Assembly (NCBI GenBank): GCA_014799805.1
Contig: JAAVHJ010000033.1
Span: forward strand, 2,326-66,325
Length of the DNA stretch: 64,000 nucleotides
Origin: Ruminococcus sp.
GTDB lineage: Bacteria > Bacillota > Clostridia > Oscillospirales > Ruminococcaceae
Reading direction: 5' to 3'
The first letter of the stretch is position 1, and the number at the start of each line of letters is the position of its first letter. The notes beneath the pieces were generated by a model. It was not told where the DNA came from. It worked only from the letters and a program-made list of their open reading frames with translations, and searched no databases. Both the position numbers and the translations under genes were made by a program. Shown here in pieces: positions 7,176 through 15,817 of the stretch.

Positions 7176-9416
7176 ATGAATGTAAAACGTTTGGGAGCAT
7201 TACTGTTATCTGCAACAGTTGCAATGCCAATTCTGCCACAAATGATTGCTGTAGCAGAAGATAGTTCTTATGCTATGAATGTGACGGTGGATTTATCTGG
7301 AGAACGCAAAGAAATTAGCCCTTATATTTACGGCGTAAATATCTACGGCAATGAAAATCGTTTAAAAGACTTAAATATTAATGCAGTTCGTCAGGGCGGA
7401 AACCGTATGACAGCGTATAACTGGGAGAATAATGCCTCTAATGCTGGTTCAGACTGGAAACATAGTTCTGATGATAATTTGACAAAATCAAATGAACCCG
7501 CTGCCGTAGTACAAGAACTTTCAGAACAATGTGTCAAAAATGATGTTGCTTATAAATTCACAACGTTACAACTTGCTGGCTATGTTGCAGCTGATAAAAA
7601 TGGTCCTGTTTCTGAAGCAGAATCCGCTCCGTCAGACCGTTGGAATAAAGTTGTTTTTACAAAAAATAGTGCATTTTCTGATACACCTGATTTAACTGAT
7701 GGTGTTGTTTACATGGACGAATATGTGAATTATATTGTCAAAACACTTGGCGATTCTAAAACAGCAACAGGTATGCAGGGCTATAGCCTTGATAATGAAC
7801 CTGCTTTATGGTCTCATACACATAGCCGTATACATGCAGACCCTGTAACAGTCAGTGAACTTTCCGAAAAATCTATCGAAGTTGCAAAAGCTGTAAAATC
7901 AATTGACCCCAATGCAGAAATTTTTGGCCCTGCACTCTATGGCTATACAGCATATGAACATCTTGCTGATGTGGATGACTGGAATGCTGTAAAAGAATCT
8001 GGAAATTATCACTGGTATTTAGACAGCTATCTTGATGACATGAAAAAAGCAAGTGATGCATGCGGTACACGTTTACTTGATGTTGTAGATATTCATTATT
8101 ATACAGAATCTGGACGTGATAGCACAGAAGATAGATTGCAATCTGTTCGCACACTCTATGAAGAAGGATTTGCTGAGAATAGCTGGATTGGACAATGGTG
8201 TCAGGAAAATATTCCAATTTTGCCAACAATTCAAAAATCCATTGATACTTATTTTCCAGGTACAAAGCTTGCCATTTCTGAATATAATTTTGGGGGCAAT
8301 GATTTAAGTGCAACGATTGCACAAGCAGAAGCCCTTGGTTGCTATGCGGACGCAGGTGTTTATCTTGCGACACTTTGGGACGGAAGCGATTATATTTTCT
8401 CTGGCATGAAGTTATATACAAATTATGACGGCAAGGGTGGCAGTTTTGGGAATATGCTTGTGCCTACTAAAACAGATGATGTTTCGTTAGCATCTTCTTA
8501 TTCTGCAATTAATGGCAATGATGACAGTCAAGTAACTGTTATGCTAACTAATAAAAGCTTTACACAGTCTGAAAATGCAACAATTACACTTGCCAATAGC
8601 AATGCAAATTATAAAGCTGCTGGTGTTTATGCTGTCTATGGCGACTCTGAAGAAATTAGATTAATTGATATTATTGACAATATTTCTGATAATACAGTCA
8701 ATGTTACACTTCCAGCTTATTCAGCAGCAATGATTGTTGTAACAGATGATGCATCTGATTTTGCAGATAAAGAAATTTATGATGAAAATAAAGCGCAACA
8801 AAAAATAGTTAATTTTGATAATTTTGATAATATGCTGAATCAAGATGGCAATATTGAAATTCCAATTGAAGACCCTGAGCATTTGAAAAAAATTATTTTA
8901 ACTGGTGATGTGACTTCCAGTGCAGGTTCGTCCTATGGTGGTGCAGGATGTGCATTATGTGTCAATGTCGAAACACCAGACGGCACGGAATTCTGGTCTA
9001 GCAAAAGTTTTACTATGACGCTAGGAAATAATCAAACGGCAACTGTTAATTTTGATGGAACATTCAGCAACGAAGATGAAATTTTAGAAGCTGTGATTGC
9101 TGACGGAAAAATTGAAGTTCAAAAATGGTGGGATTATTCCGAAAAGCAGGAACTTGATATAGAAGATGTGATTTCTGTAAACTATACGAATATTCAAGTG
9201 ATTTATGAAACAACAGCCTCTATAGATACTGGAGTGATTGGGGACGTAAATGCAGACGGTGAATTTTCTTTAACAGATATTATTGCAATGCAAAAATGGT
9301 TATTAGGCAAAGGCAAATTGCCAAATTCAAAAGCTGGTGATTTAGATAATAATGGCTTACTTAATATCTATGATTTCTGTTTGATGAAAAATCTTTTGCT
9401 TAGAAATGAGGGATAA
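7176..9416 (+). CDS. Secreted glycoside hydrolase family 44 (endoglucanase/xyloglucanase) with C-terminal type I dockerin
   Basis: Signal peptide, then the GH44-type motif GGNRMTAYNWENNASNAGSDW. The C-terminus has duplicated Ca-binding dockerin segments GDVNADGEFSLTD and GDLDNNGLLNIYD. The ATG at 7176 follows GAAAGGAG. Confidence 0.8.
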   Translation: MNVKRLGALLLSATVAMPILPQMIAVAEDSSYAMNVTVDLSGERKEISPYIYGVNIYGNENRLKDLNINAVRQGGNRMTAYNWENNASNAGSDWKHSSDDNLTKSNEPAAVVQELSEQCVKNDVAYKFTTLQLAGYVAADKNGPVSEAESAPSDRWNKVVFTKNSAFSDTPDLTDGVVYMDEYVNYIVKTLGDSKTATGMQGYSLDNEPALWSHTHSRIHADPVTVSELSEKSIEVAKAVKSIDPNAEIFGPALYGYTAYEHLADVDDWNAVKESGNYHWYLDSYLDDMKKASDACGTRLLDVVDIHYYTESGRDSTEDRLQSVRTLYEEGFAENSWIGQWCQENIPILPTIQKSIDTYFPGTKLAISEYNFGGNDLSATIAQAEALGCYADAGVYLATLWDGSDYIFSGMKLYTNYDGKGGSFGNMLVPTKTDDVSLASSYSAINGNDDSQVTVMLTNKSFTQSENATITLANSNANYKAAGVYAVYGDSEEIRLIDIIDNISDNTVNVTLPAYSAAMIVVTDDASDFADKEIYDENKAQQKIVNFDNFDNMLNQDGNIEIPIEDPEHLKKIILTGDVTSSAGSSYGGAGCALCVNVETPDGTEFWSSKSFTMTLGNNQTATVNFDGTFSNEDEILEAVIADGKIEVQKWWDYSEKQELDIEDVISVNYTNIQVIYETTASIDTGVIGDVNADGEFSLTDIIAMQKWLLGKGKLPNSKAGDLDNNGLLNIYDFCLMKNLLLRNEG

Positions 9417-9424
9417 TTTTAATC

Positions 9425-9904
9425 ATGAAATCAAAAAAGAAAATGCTATATATTTCTATTTTTGTGGTTTATATGGTATTTTTGCTGATATTTGTAATTT
9501 TTAAAATATTTCCTCTGTCTCGGTTTTTCAGCACACACAATACAATTGCAGAAACTATAAAATACGGAGCATCTAATTATAAAATCATTCCTTTTGAAAC
9601 AATTGCTAGTCTTTCTAAAAAAAGTCTTTTAAAAAATATTATTAGTTTTATGCCATTTGGATTTTTTGTATTTCCATTTTTCAAATGCAGTTATCTCAAA
9701 ACTATGCTGGCAAGTGAAGTATTTATTTTCGCATGTGAAATGATAAAAGCCAAAGCTGTGATTAATTATTTTGATATTGATGATTTTATCAGATATACAA
9801 TAGGCATTATATTTGGAATTATTCTATTTAGATTTTATGATTTGGTAATCCGCAAAACAAGATTATTTGTGCTTGTGAAAAATAAACAAAAAAATAGTGT
9901 TTAA
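9425..9904 (+). CDS. VanZ-like integral membrane protein
   Basis: Four predicted TM segments with an IIPFE...NIISFMPFGFF pattern typical of the VanZ family. Confidence 0.45.
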   Translation: MKSKKKMLYISIFVVYMVFLLIFVIFKIFPLSRFFSTHNTIAETIKYGASNYKIIPFETIASLSKKSLLKNIISFMPFGFFVFPFFKCSYLKTMLASEVFIFACEMIKAKAVINYFDIDDFIRYTIGIIFGIILFRFYDLVIRKTRLFVLVKNKQKNSV

Positions 9905-10070
9905 TAAATTTGTTTTTATTTATTTATTTAGACAATAGAAAATGGAAAATTTTCTTGACTTTTTTCTGTTGAAATGTTATAATTAATTATATGGCATTGG
10001 TAACTTATGATATAATTGATTATTATAATTTTGAACAAAGAAATTTTTTGAATTAAGGAAGCTAGAACAT

Positions 10071-10568
10071 ATGGAATACTCACATAAAAATTCTAAATCT
10101 AATAATAAAAGTTTATTTATATTTATATCAATTTTAATATTTTCAATATTTTTAATGTTTTTAATAATTTATTTATTTTTATATACAGATTTACCAAGAA
10201 AGATATTTTTTCCTATACATTATTATGAAAAATACTCATTTACAGATAAAGAGATATCCTCGATTTCAGATGCTATCAATATAGAGTGTAATTCTATTGA
10301 AATGATGTCTTATTTTGCTACAAGAGATGGTGAGTTTACTATTTACATTTCAGATTTTGAAAAAAAGGATTTATATGAAAATTATACTAAAAATTCATAT
10401 TCATATGATAATATAGTATATGAAGATAAAGACCCTGATACAATATATGACACAATTTGTTATTTTGAAGAATATAATGGACAAAATGTATTAGTGGTAA
10501 GAATGCCAAGTTATGATGATAATTTGTATAAAATAGTTAAGAAAAAGTCAAAACATACAATATATTAA
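10071..10568 (+). CDS. Membrane-anchored hypothetical protein
   Basis: An N-terminal TM segment followed by a Y/D/N-rich soluble domain. Very AT-rich. Confidence 0.45.
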   Translation: MEYSHKNSKSNNKSLFIFISILIFSIFLMFLIIYLFLYTDLPRKIFFPIHYYEKYSFTDKEISSISDAINIECNSIEMMSYFATRDGEFTIYISDFEKKDLYENYTKNSYSYDNIVYEDKDPDTIYDTICYFEEYNGQNVLVVRMPSYDDNLYKIVKKKSKHTIY

Positions 10569-10640
10569 TCCTAAGGTATTCTGATTGGAATTATCTTTGC
10601 GAAACTCCATGATTCTAAGCTAATTAATATTAAATTCAAT

Positions 10641-10676
10641 AAAAAAGCTGTAAACACGTTAGTTTACAGCTTTTTT
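10641..10676. terminator. Bidirectional intrinsic terminator
   Basis: A6, AGCTGTAAAC-acgtta-GTTTACAGCT, T6. Confidence 0.75.
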
Positions 10677-10688
10677 GATATTAATATA

Positions 10689-11561
10689 TTAGTCTTGTTT
10701 GCGTTTTTGTAAAAAGCCAAAGATAATTAAAAATAAAGCTCCGATTAATAACGTCATTGCAGATAATAAAATTGCCTGATTGGTTAAAATATGCAAGTAG
10801 CCGACAACAGCTGAAAAAATTTGTTGGTCTTTGATGACAAAGCCAGATACATAATCTGTTGTTTTTAAATATAGGCAAGGCAATAATAATAATAATCCTG
10901 AAATAAATCCTGAAATTCCAGTCCAGTATAAAATTTCTGTGATTTGTTTCACACAAAAAGTAAATAATAAAATAAAAATAATAATTGTGATAATGATTAA
11001 TAACATAGAAATTTTATTGAAAATAGACATGTAATTTTTGGCTTTCGCAAGCCAGCCATTTTCATAAATCGTAGAAAATTTAAATGTATCTGTCATAAAT
11101 AAAATTTCTTTTTCAGCTTCTTGTATCGTAGAATTTACTTTTTGTTGATAAATATCATCTTTTTCAAAATTATTTTCATCTGCATAATTACTAAAAAATT
11201 CTGTGATAGAATTTTCTAATGCTGTGAAATCCATTGTAAATTGATAATCATCTGATTTTTGATTTACATAATCAAAGGCATTGGAAACGCTTGTTAAAGT
11301 CCCTTGTTTTAAATTATTTTTATCGATTGCAGTTAAATAAACAGAAGCGGGAATTCCTGTACTATTAGAACGTGTTTGAAAATAATTTTCCAGTGTGGTA
11401 TATGTTTTTTCTTCCAGCTGTTCAGATTCGACAACTTTTTCAAATATAGCAGGATTTAACGCTGTATATTTTGCAAATAAAGTTAATTCTGTGCCTAACA
11501 GGCAGAATATAAATAAAAATGCAAATATAATTTTTACAGGATATAATTTAATAGAACGCAT
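10689..11561 (-). CDS. Polytopic membrane protein, last gene of the sortase operon
   Basis: An N-terminal TM, a roughly 170-aa extracytoplasmic region and 3-4 C-terminal TMs. Its start abuts the sortase stop. Confidence 0.55.
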   Translation of the reverse strand: MRSIKLYPVKIIFAFLFIFCLLGTELTLFAKYTALNPAIFEKVVESEQLEEKTYTTLENYFQTRSNSTGIPASVYLTAIDKNNLKQGTLTSVSNAFDYVNQKSDDYQFTMDFTALENSITEFFSNYADENNFEKDDIYQQKVNSTIQEAEKEILFMTDTFKFSTIYENGWLAKAKNYMSIFNKISMLLIIITIIIFILLFTFCVKQITEILYWTGISGFISGLLLLLPCLYLKTTDYVSGFVIKDQQIFSAVVGYLHILTNQAILLSAMTLLIGALFLIIFGFLQKRKQD

Positions 11562-12272
11562 TTATTCACCCTCCCCTGTATTAGCTTGCACAGGGTTATA
11601 AAATTGTTTGCTCACAAGATTGCAAATAAACCCAATTCTGGTAGAGGAAGTGCCTAATACTTGTGCCTCACATGTATAAAGCGTGAGCTGGTCTGTTTCT
11701 GTTGGGAGGACATATTTTTTATTCGTATTTGCAAAAGTAACTTGTTCTGCTACTTCATAAGTAAAAATGCCATAAGTTGTATAAATAATAACTTGATTAC
11801 CAGTTTCCAGTTTTGGCAAATCTGCAAAAAAAGTATTTACATGTGCGTCAATGACAACGTTTCCAGTTTCACCCAATACAACAGAGCTACTAGATTGGCA
11901 AGCACCAAGTTCTAATAATTCTGGACTAGAACCCCAGTAAACTGGTACAGATAAACTAATATCTTCACATGTTAAAATAGCATATTGTTCTCCAAATGAC
12001 GGACGAATAATTTCACCTTCAGAATAAAATTGCTGTTCTGAATTATTTGAAACAGGTGTTGTTTCGATTTCATTTTCTTTGATAACAAGTCCATCTAATC
12101 CAGATGATGGTGTAATTCGCATATTTTGATCCATGAAAATAATATTTAAATAACTTTTCGCTTTTTCATAGGGTGTAATTAATACGGCAATACTAACAGC
12201 AATACATAAAATTAATAAAAATATCCCTGTGAATATCCAGATAATATTATTTTTTGATTGTTTTTCAGTCAA
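11562..12272 (-). CDS. Sortase family transpeptidase
   Basis: N-terminal TM anchor, a His motif (VIDAHVNTF), the TLxTC catalytic motif (QLTLYTCE) and a downstream Arg (STRIGF). TTG start with an AGAAAGGAG RBS. Confidence 0.8.
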   Translation of the reverse strand: MTEKQSKNNIIWIFTGIFLLILCIAVSIAVLITPYEKAKSYLNIIFMDQNMRITPSSGLDGLVIKENEIETTPVSNNSEQQFYSEGEIIRPSFGEQYAILTCEDISLSVPVYWGSSPELLELGACQSSSSVVLGETGNVVIDAHVNTFFADLPKLETGNQVIIYTTYGIFTYEVAEQVTFANTNKKYVLPTETDQLTLYTCEAQVLGTSSTRIGFICNLVSKQFYNPVQANTGEGE

Positions 12273-12312
12273 GAAAAGCTCCTTTCTAGTCTGTACATGT
12301 AATTATATTTAA

Positions 12313-13119
12313 TTATTCTGTTGGTTTATTATACCAGTATAACAAACTAAGACCTGCAATTGCTGTCAAAATTCCCAAGCCTGCCAATAATAAAGGCTTT
12401 GTGTGGGAAATTCCCGTTTCGTCAATGATTACGCCTACATCGGCTTTATTAATAATCATACCGTCTTCATTTCTAATTGTCAAAGAAATATTATCATCTG
12501 TAATAGAATCTACAGAAACATTTAAGCCCATTGTATCGGCTGTGTCAATATAATCCTGCATAAGTAGCATTTTTTGGTCTGTTGGGAGCTGTTTCATAAT
12601 ACTATTGCGTTCAGCAGGGGATAAACTTGCTAAAAATATTTCTCTTTCGCTATCTGTTAGAGAATTAATATAATTTTGTTTTTCTTCTAATGTCATGCTA
12701 ATAAATGCATTAGAATCAATTTGATTATCCAGTGCTGTTTCCTGTGGCAATTCTGGAGATGGCTCTGTACTGGGTGGGAAAATTTCCTTAAATGCATCAT
12801 CTTGTTTTTTCTTGTATGCTTCTATTTTATGATAAATTATATTTAAATCATCTTGTGTGTAATTTTCAGAATTAACTTCCCACTCATTCTTGCCTGTCTG
12901 AATGAAATCTTCAGGATAACCAACTTCTTCTGCCATAGTCGTAATATCATCAACAGTATGAGATTTATCACATTCTATGTCATAAGCATCATAATGCGGA
13001 GCAGTTGCATGTGAAATGATATGATGTACAGAATTATTATGATGTGCTGTTGCAGAAATATTTGCACTGCAAAGTAAGCAAGCAGTGAAACTACTAATCA
13101 AAATAGCCTGTTTTTTCAT
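12313..13119 (-). CDS. Secreted protein with C-terminal sorting-signal-like anchor (paralog 1)
   Basis: Signal peptide and a shared C-terminal roughly 130 aa with 13126..13887. It ends IDETG-ISHTKP-hydrophobic 21 aa-NKPTE. Confidence 0.6.
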   Translation of the reverse strand: MKKQAILISSFTACLLCSANISATAHHNNSVHHIISHATAPHYDAYDIECDKSHTVDDITTMAEEVGYPEDFIQTGKNEWEVNSENYTQDDLNIIYHKIEAYKKKQDDAFKEIFPPSTEPSPELPQETALDNQIDSNAFISMTLEEKQNYINSLTDSEREIFLASLSPAERNSIMKQLPTDQKMLLMQDYIDTADTMGLNVSVDSITDDNISLTIRNEDGMIINKADVGVIIDETGISHTKPLLLAGLGILTAIAGLSLLYWYNKPTE

Positions 13120-13125
13120 AAAATT

Positions 13126-13887
13126 TCACTCCTGTTCCGTGCGTTTGCCATACCAGTATAACAGGCTAAAGCCTGCAATTGCAGTCAAAATTCCCAAACC
13201 TGCAAATACTAACGGCTTTGTGTGTGAAATTCCAGTTTCATCAATGACAATGCCAACATCAGCTTTGTCAATAATAATTCCCTGATTATCTCTGACAGTT
13301 AAAGAAATATTATTATCTGTGACAGAATCTACAACAACATTCATGCCCATAGAACTTGCTGTATCAATATAATTTTGCATAAGAGTCATTTTCTGGTCTG
13401 TTGGGAGCTGTTTAATAATGCTGTTTCTTTCTTCACGGGTAAGACCAGATAAAAACTCATTTTTTTGACTTTCTTCTAGTGTGTTGACATATTCTATTTT
13501 TTCGTCCAGTGTCATATTAATAAAATCTGCGGGTGCAATACGGTCATCTTGCGTTGCGGAATTATCTGGTGTTTCAGAATTACCTGATGATGTCGTTTGC
13601 TGTTGTGCTTCTGTAGGTTTTTGTGGTTCTATGCCAAACATATTACAAATCATTTCTTCTGTTTGTTCGTCATAGTTCTGCACAGCATAATAGGCTTCAT
13701 CTAAGTCATCTTGTGAATAAGAACCAGATGCCCATTCATTGTATCCTGCTTGAATTAAATATTCAGGCCAACCAGCACTTCTTGCCCTTTGTGCAACATC
13801 ATCGGCTGTATAGGCTTTGGCAGAAATACTTGCACTGCAAATGAGACAAGCTGTCAAAATTCCAGTGAAAATTGCATATTTTTTCAT
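13126..13887 (-). CDS. Secreted protein with C-terminal sorting-signal-like anchor (paralog 2)
   Basis: Signal peptide. It ends IDETG-ISHTKP-hydrophobic-GKRTEQE. It is a tandem paralog of 12313..13119. Confidence 0.6.
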   Translation of the reverse strand: MKKYAIFTGILTACLICSASISAKAYTADDVAQRARSAGWPEYLIQAGYNEWASGSYSQDDLDEAYYAVQNYDEQTEEMICNMFGIEPQKPTEAQQQTTSSGNSETPDNSATQDDRIAPADFINMTLDEKIEYVNTLEESQKNEFLSGLTREERNSIIKQLPTDQKMTLMQNYIDTASSMGMNVVVDSVTDNNISLTVRDNQGIIIDKADVGIVIDETGISHTKPLVFAGLGILTAIAGFSLLYWYGKRTEQE

Positions 13888-13918
13888 AAATTTTCATCTC
13901 CCTTCTAGGAATATATTT

Positions 13919-13947
13919 ATTATACCAGATTTTTTAGAGAAATGCAA
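13919..13947 (-). promoter_or_regulatory. Sigma-A promoter of the sortase operon
   Basis: On the minus strand: TTGCAT, 17 nt, TATAAT. Confidence 0.45.
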
Positions 13948-13965
13948 GTGCAAAATCGTTCCATT

Positions 13966-14199
13966 TTAATCTTCTGCATGGTCAATCAGATAATTTACAA
14001 TATCTCCAATGGTACGAATGCTGTCAACTGCTTCATCTGGAATTTTAATATCCGTTGTGCTTTCAATTGCGATGATTAATTCTACAATATCCATAGAAGT
14101 TGCATTTAAATCTTCCTGAATATCTGTATGTTCATTGAGTCTGTTCACGTCCATGTCAAATTGGTCTGCAATAATTGATGCAATTGTTTCAAAATCCAT
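13966..14199 (-). CDS. Stand-alone acyl/peptidyl carrier protein
   Basis: 77 aa, acidic, four-helix pattern with the phosphopantetheine-site motif LNATSMDIVELIIAIE (DSL-like). Confidence 0.7.
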   Translation of the reverse strand: MDFETIASIIADQFDMDVNRLNEHTDIQEDLNATSMDIVELIIAIESTTDIKIPDEAVDSIRTIGDIVNYLIDHAED

Positions 14200-14620
14200 A
14201 TAAATTCCCTCCTGAATTAAAATTTTTGGTTTTGCTAGCTAAAACTAGTATAAGTATATATTAAAATGTGGTCTTACGTCAATATACTGAATCACAATAT
14301 TTTTTTAATTTTTACGAATAATTTTGTGCATAATGCTATTTTTATATACTAAAAGCTATTTTTTATTTTAATAATACTAAAATTGGCTTGCTATTTTTAT
14401 TTTTTTCCAAATTTTAGCGGAAAATAATCGGCACAATTGCCTGAATTGCAGATGTGCCGATTGTGAATATAGATGGAGAGAAAATAGAAACTGGCTTATA
14501 TAAATTATCTATTATTCTAACAAGTGAAATCAGAAAAGATTGGAAAAATCATGAAAAATTCATAAATTATTTATGAATTATTAAAAAATATCAAAAATAC
14601 ACAAGGGAAATATTAGCATA

Positions 14621-15259
14621 CTATAATAAATTTTCAAGTTTTAAAAGCATTTTTCTGAAAATATTTGGCTGTAATAATTCTTGTATCAGCATTTCTGGTG
14701 CATAGCGTATCGCATATTCTCTTAAATTGCCTATGTAAATAATTTCTATTTTATCCAGTTGCAGAAAATCTTCTGGTATTGTAATTGGATTAAAATAATT
14801 AGTATCTACGATTTTAAATTTTTCCAGTGTGTCTCTGACAAATTCAGAACAGTAATATTTATTTTTTGCGTGATGAACAATGCCTAAACTTGCTAATAGT
14901 AAGCCAGAAATATTATAATGATATTTTTCTTTTTCAGCGTACATTTGGATTAGAAAATTTTCTAATTCCTGATATTGCATTTTAGAAACTGGCATACGCA
15001 TGATAATTCCTGTTGTGTTTCTAAATCTTCTCATGGCTCCAAAAAAAGGACTCTCCATCATGAAGCCACCCCAGACGGGATTATAAGCATTGCGTCTGCT
15101 GAAAGAATACATGTGTTGCATATTTTTATCAAGGCTAATAGAAATATGATTATAGTTAGCTTTTGTAACATATTTTAGCAATTTTGAAAGCCATGAACCA
15201 CTTTGGCTAAGCACAAGATAAATTGCAGTGTCAGATTGAAAATTTGTAGAATTTCGCAT
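14621..15259 (-). CDS. Possible YiiX/YaeF-like permuted papain-fold (NlpC/P60 superfamily) protein
   Basis: The His-containing strand NYNHISISL precedes the Cys motif YYCSEFV (permuted order). Weak recall-based call. Confidence 0.35.
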   Translation of the reverse strand: MRNSTNFQSDTAIYLVLSQSGSWLSKLLKYVTKANYNHISISLDKNMQHMYSFSRRNAYNPVWGGFMMESPFFGAMRRFRNTTGIIMRMPVSKMQYQELENFLIQMYAEKEKYHYNISGLLLASLGIVHHAKNKYYCSEFVRDTLEKFKIVDTNYFNPITIPEDFLQLDKIEIIYIGNLREYAIRYAPEMLIQELLQPNIFRKMLLKLENLL

Positions 15260-15405
15260 AAAATTACCACACTTTCATGAGTAAGTATAAATATTATTTA
15301 TGATTATAGCATAAAGCAAGATATTTGTCAACAGGGATAAAAATCATAAAAAAATGATAAAAAATTTGCTAATTTTGTAAGAAAAAATATTTTTTAAAAA
15401 TTATC

Positions 15406-15434
15406 TTGACATTCTGAAAAAAATATGCTATACT
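15406..15434 (+). promoter_or_regulatory. Sigma-A promoter of the ylxM-ffh operon
   Basis: TTGACA, 17 nt, TGcTATACT. Confidence 0.5.
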
Positions 15435-15485
15435 AAATAAAGTCTGGAAGTGGAAAGCAATTTTACTTTACACAGGAGGCATTCC

Positions 15486-15800
15486 ATGGCTAAGAATTTA
15501 AACTATGTGTTTTTGTTAGATTGTTATGGTGAATTATTAACAGAACGACAACAACAAATTGCAGAGCTATATTATAACGAAGATTTCTCTTTGTCGGAAA
15601 TCGCAGAAATGCAGAATATTACAAGACAGGCTGTAAGGGATAGCTTACGGCATTCTGAAAATATATTATCGCAGACAGAAGAAAAATTAGGCATGGCAAA
15701 GAGAATATCACAAATGCGGTTTTGTCTGGAACAAATTGTAAAAAATTCTGAATCAGAACAAATTGCAGAATTGGCAAGAAATGGACTTGCATTATTATAA
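15486..15800 (+). CDS. ylxM: YlxM (UPF0122) HTH protein upstream of ffh
   Basis: LLDCYGELLTERQQQIAELYYNEDFSLSEIAE is the YlxM signature. The ATG at 15486 follows AGGAGG. Confidence 0.8.
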   Translation: MAKNLNYVFLLDCYGELLTERQQQIAELYYNEDFSLSEIAEMQNITRQAVRDSLRHSENILSQTEEKLGMAKRISQMRFCLEQIVKNSESEQIAELARNGLALL

Positions 15801-15817
15801 CAAAAGGAGTATTTTTC

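Noticed and set aside
12575-12592. An LPTDQ sequence (KQLPTDQKM) in both sortase-operon paralogs, considered as the sortase recognition motif.
   Set aside because: It lies about 90 residues from the C-terminus, inside a conserved soluble domain, and no hydrophobic segment follows it. The IDETG-TM-basic tail is the better candidate.
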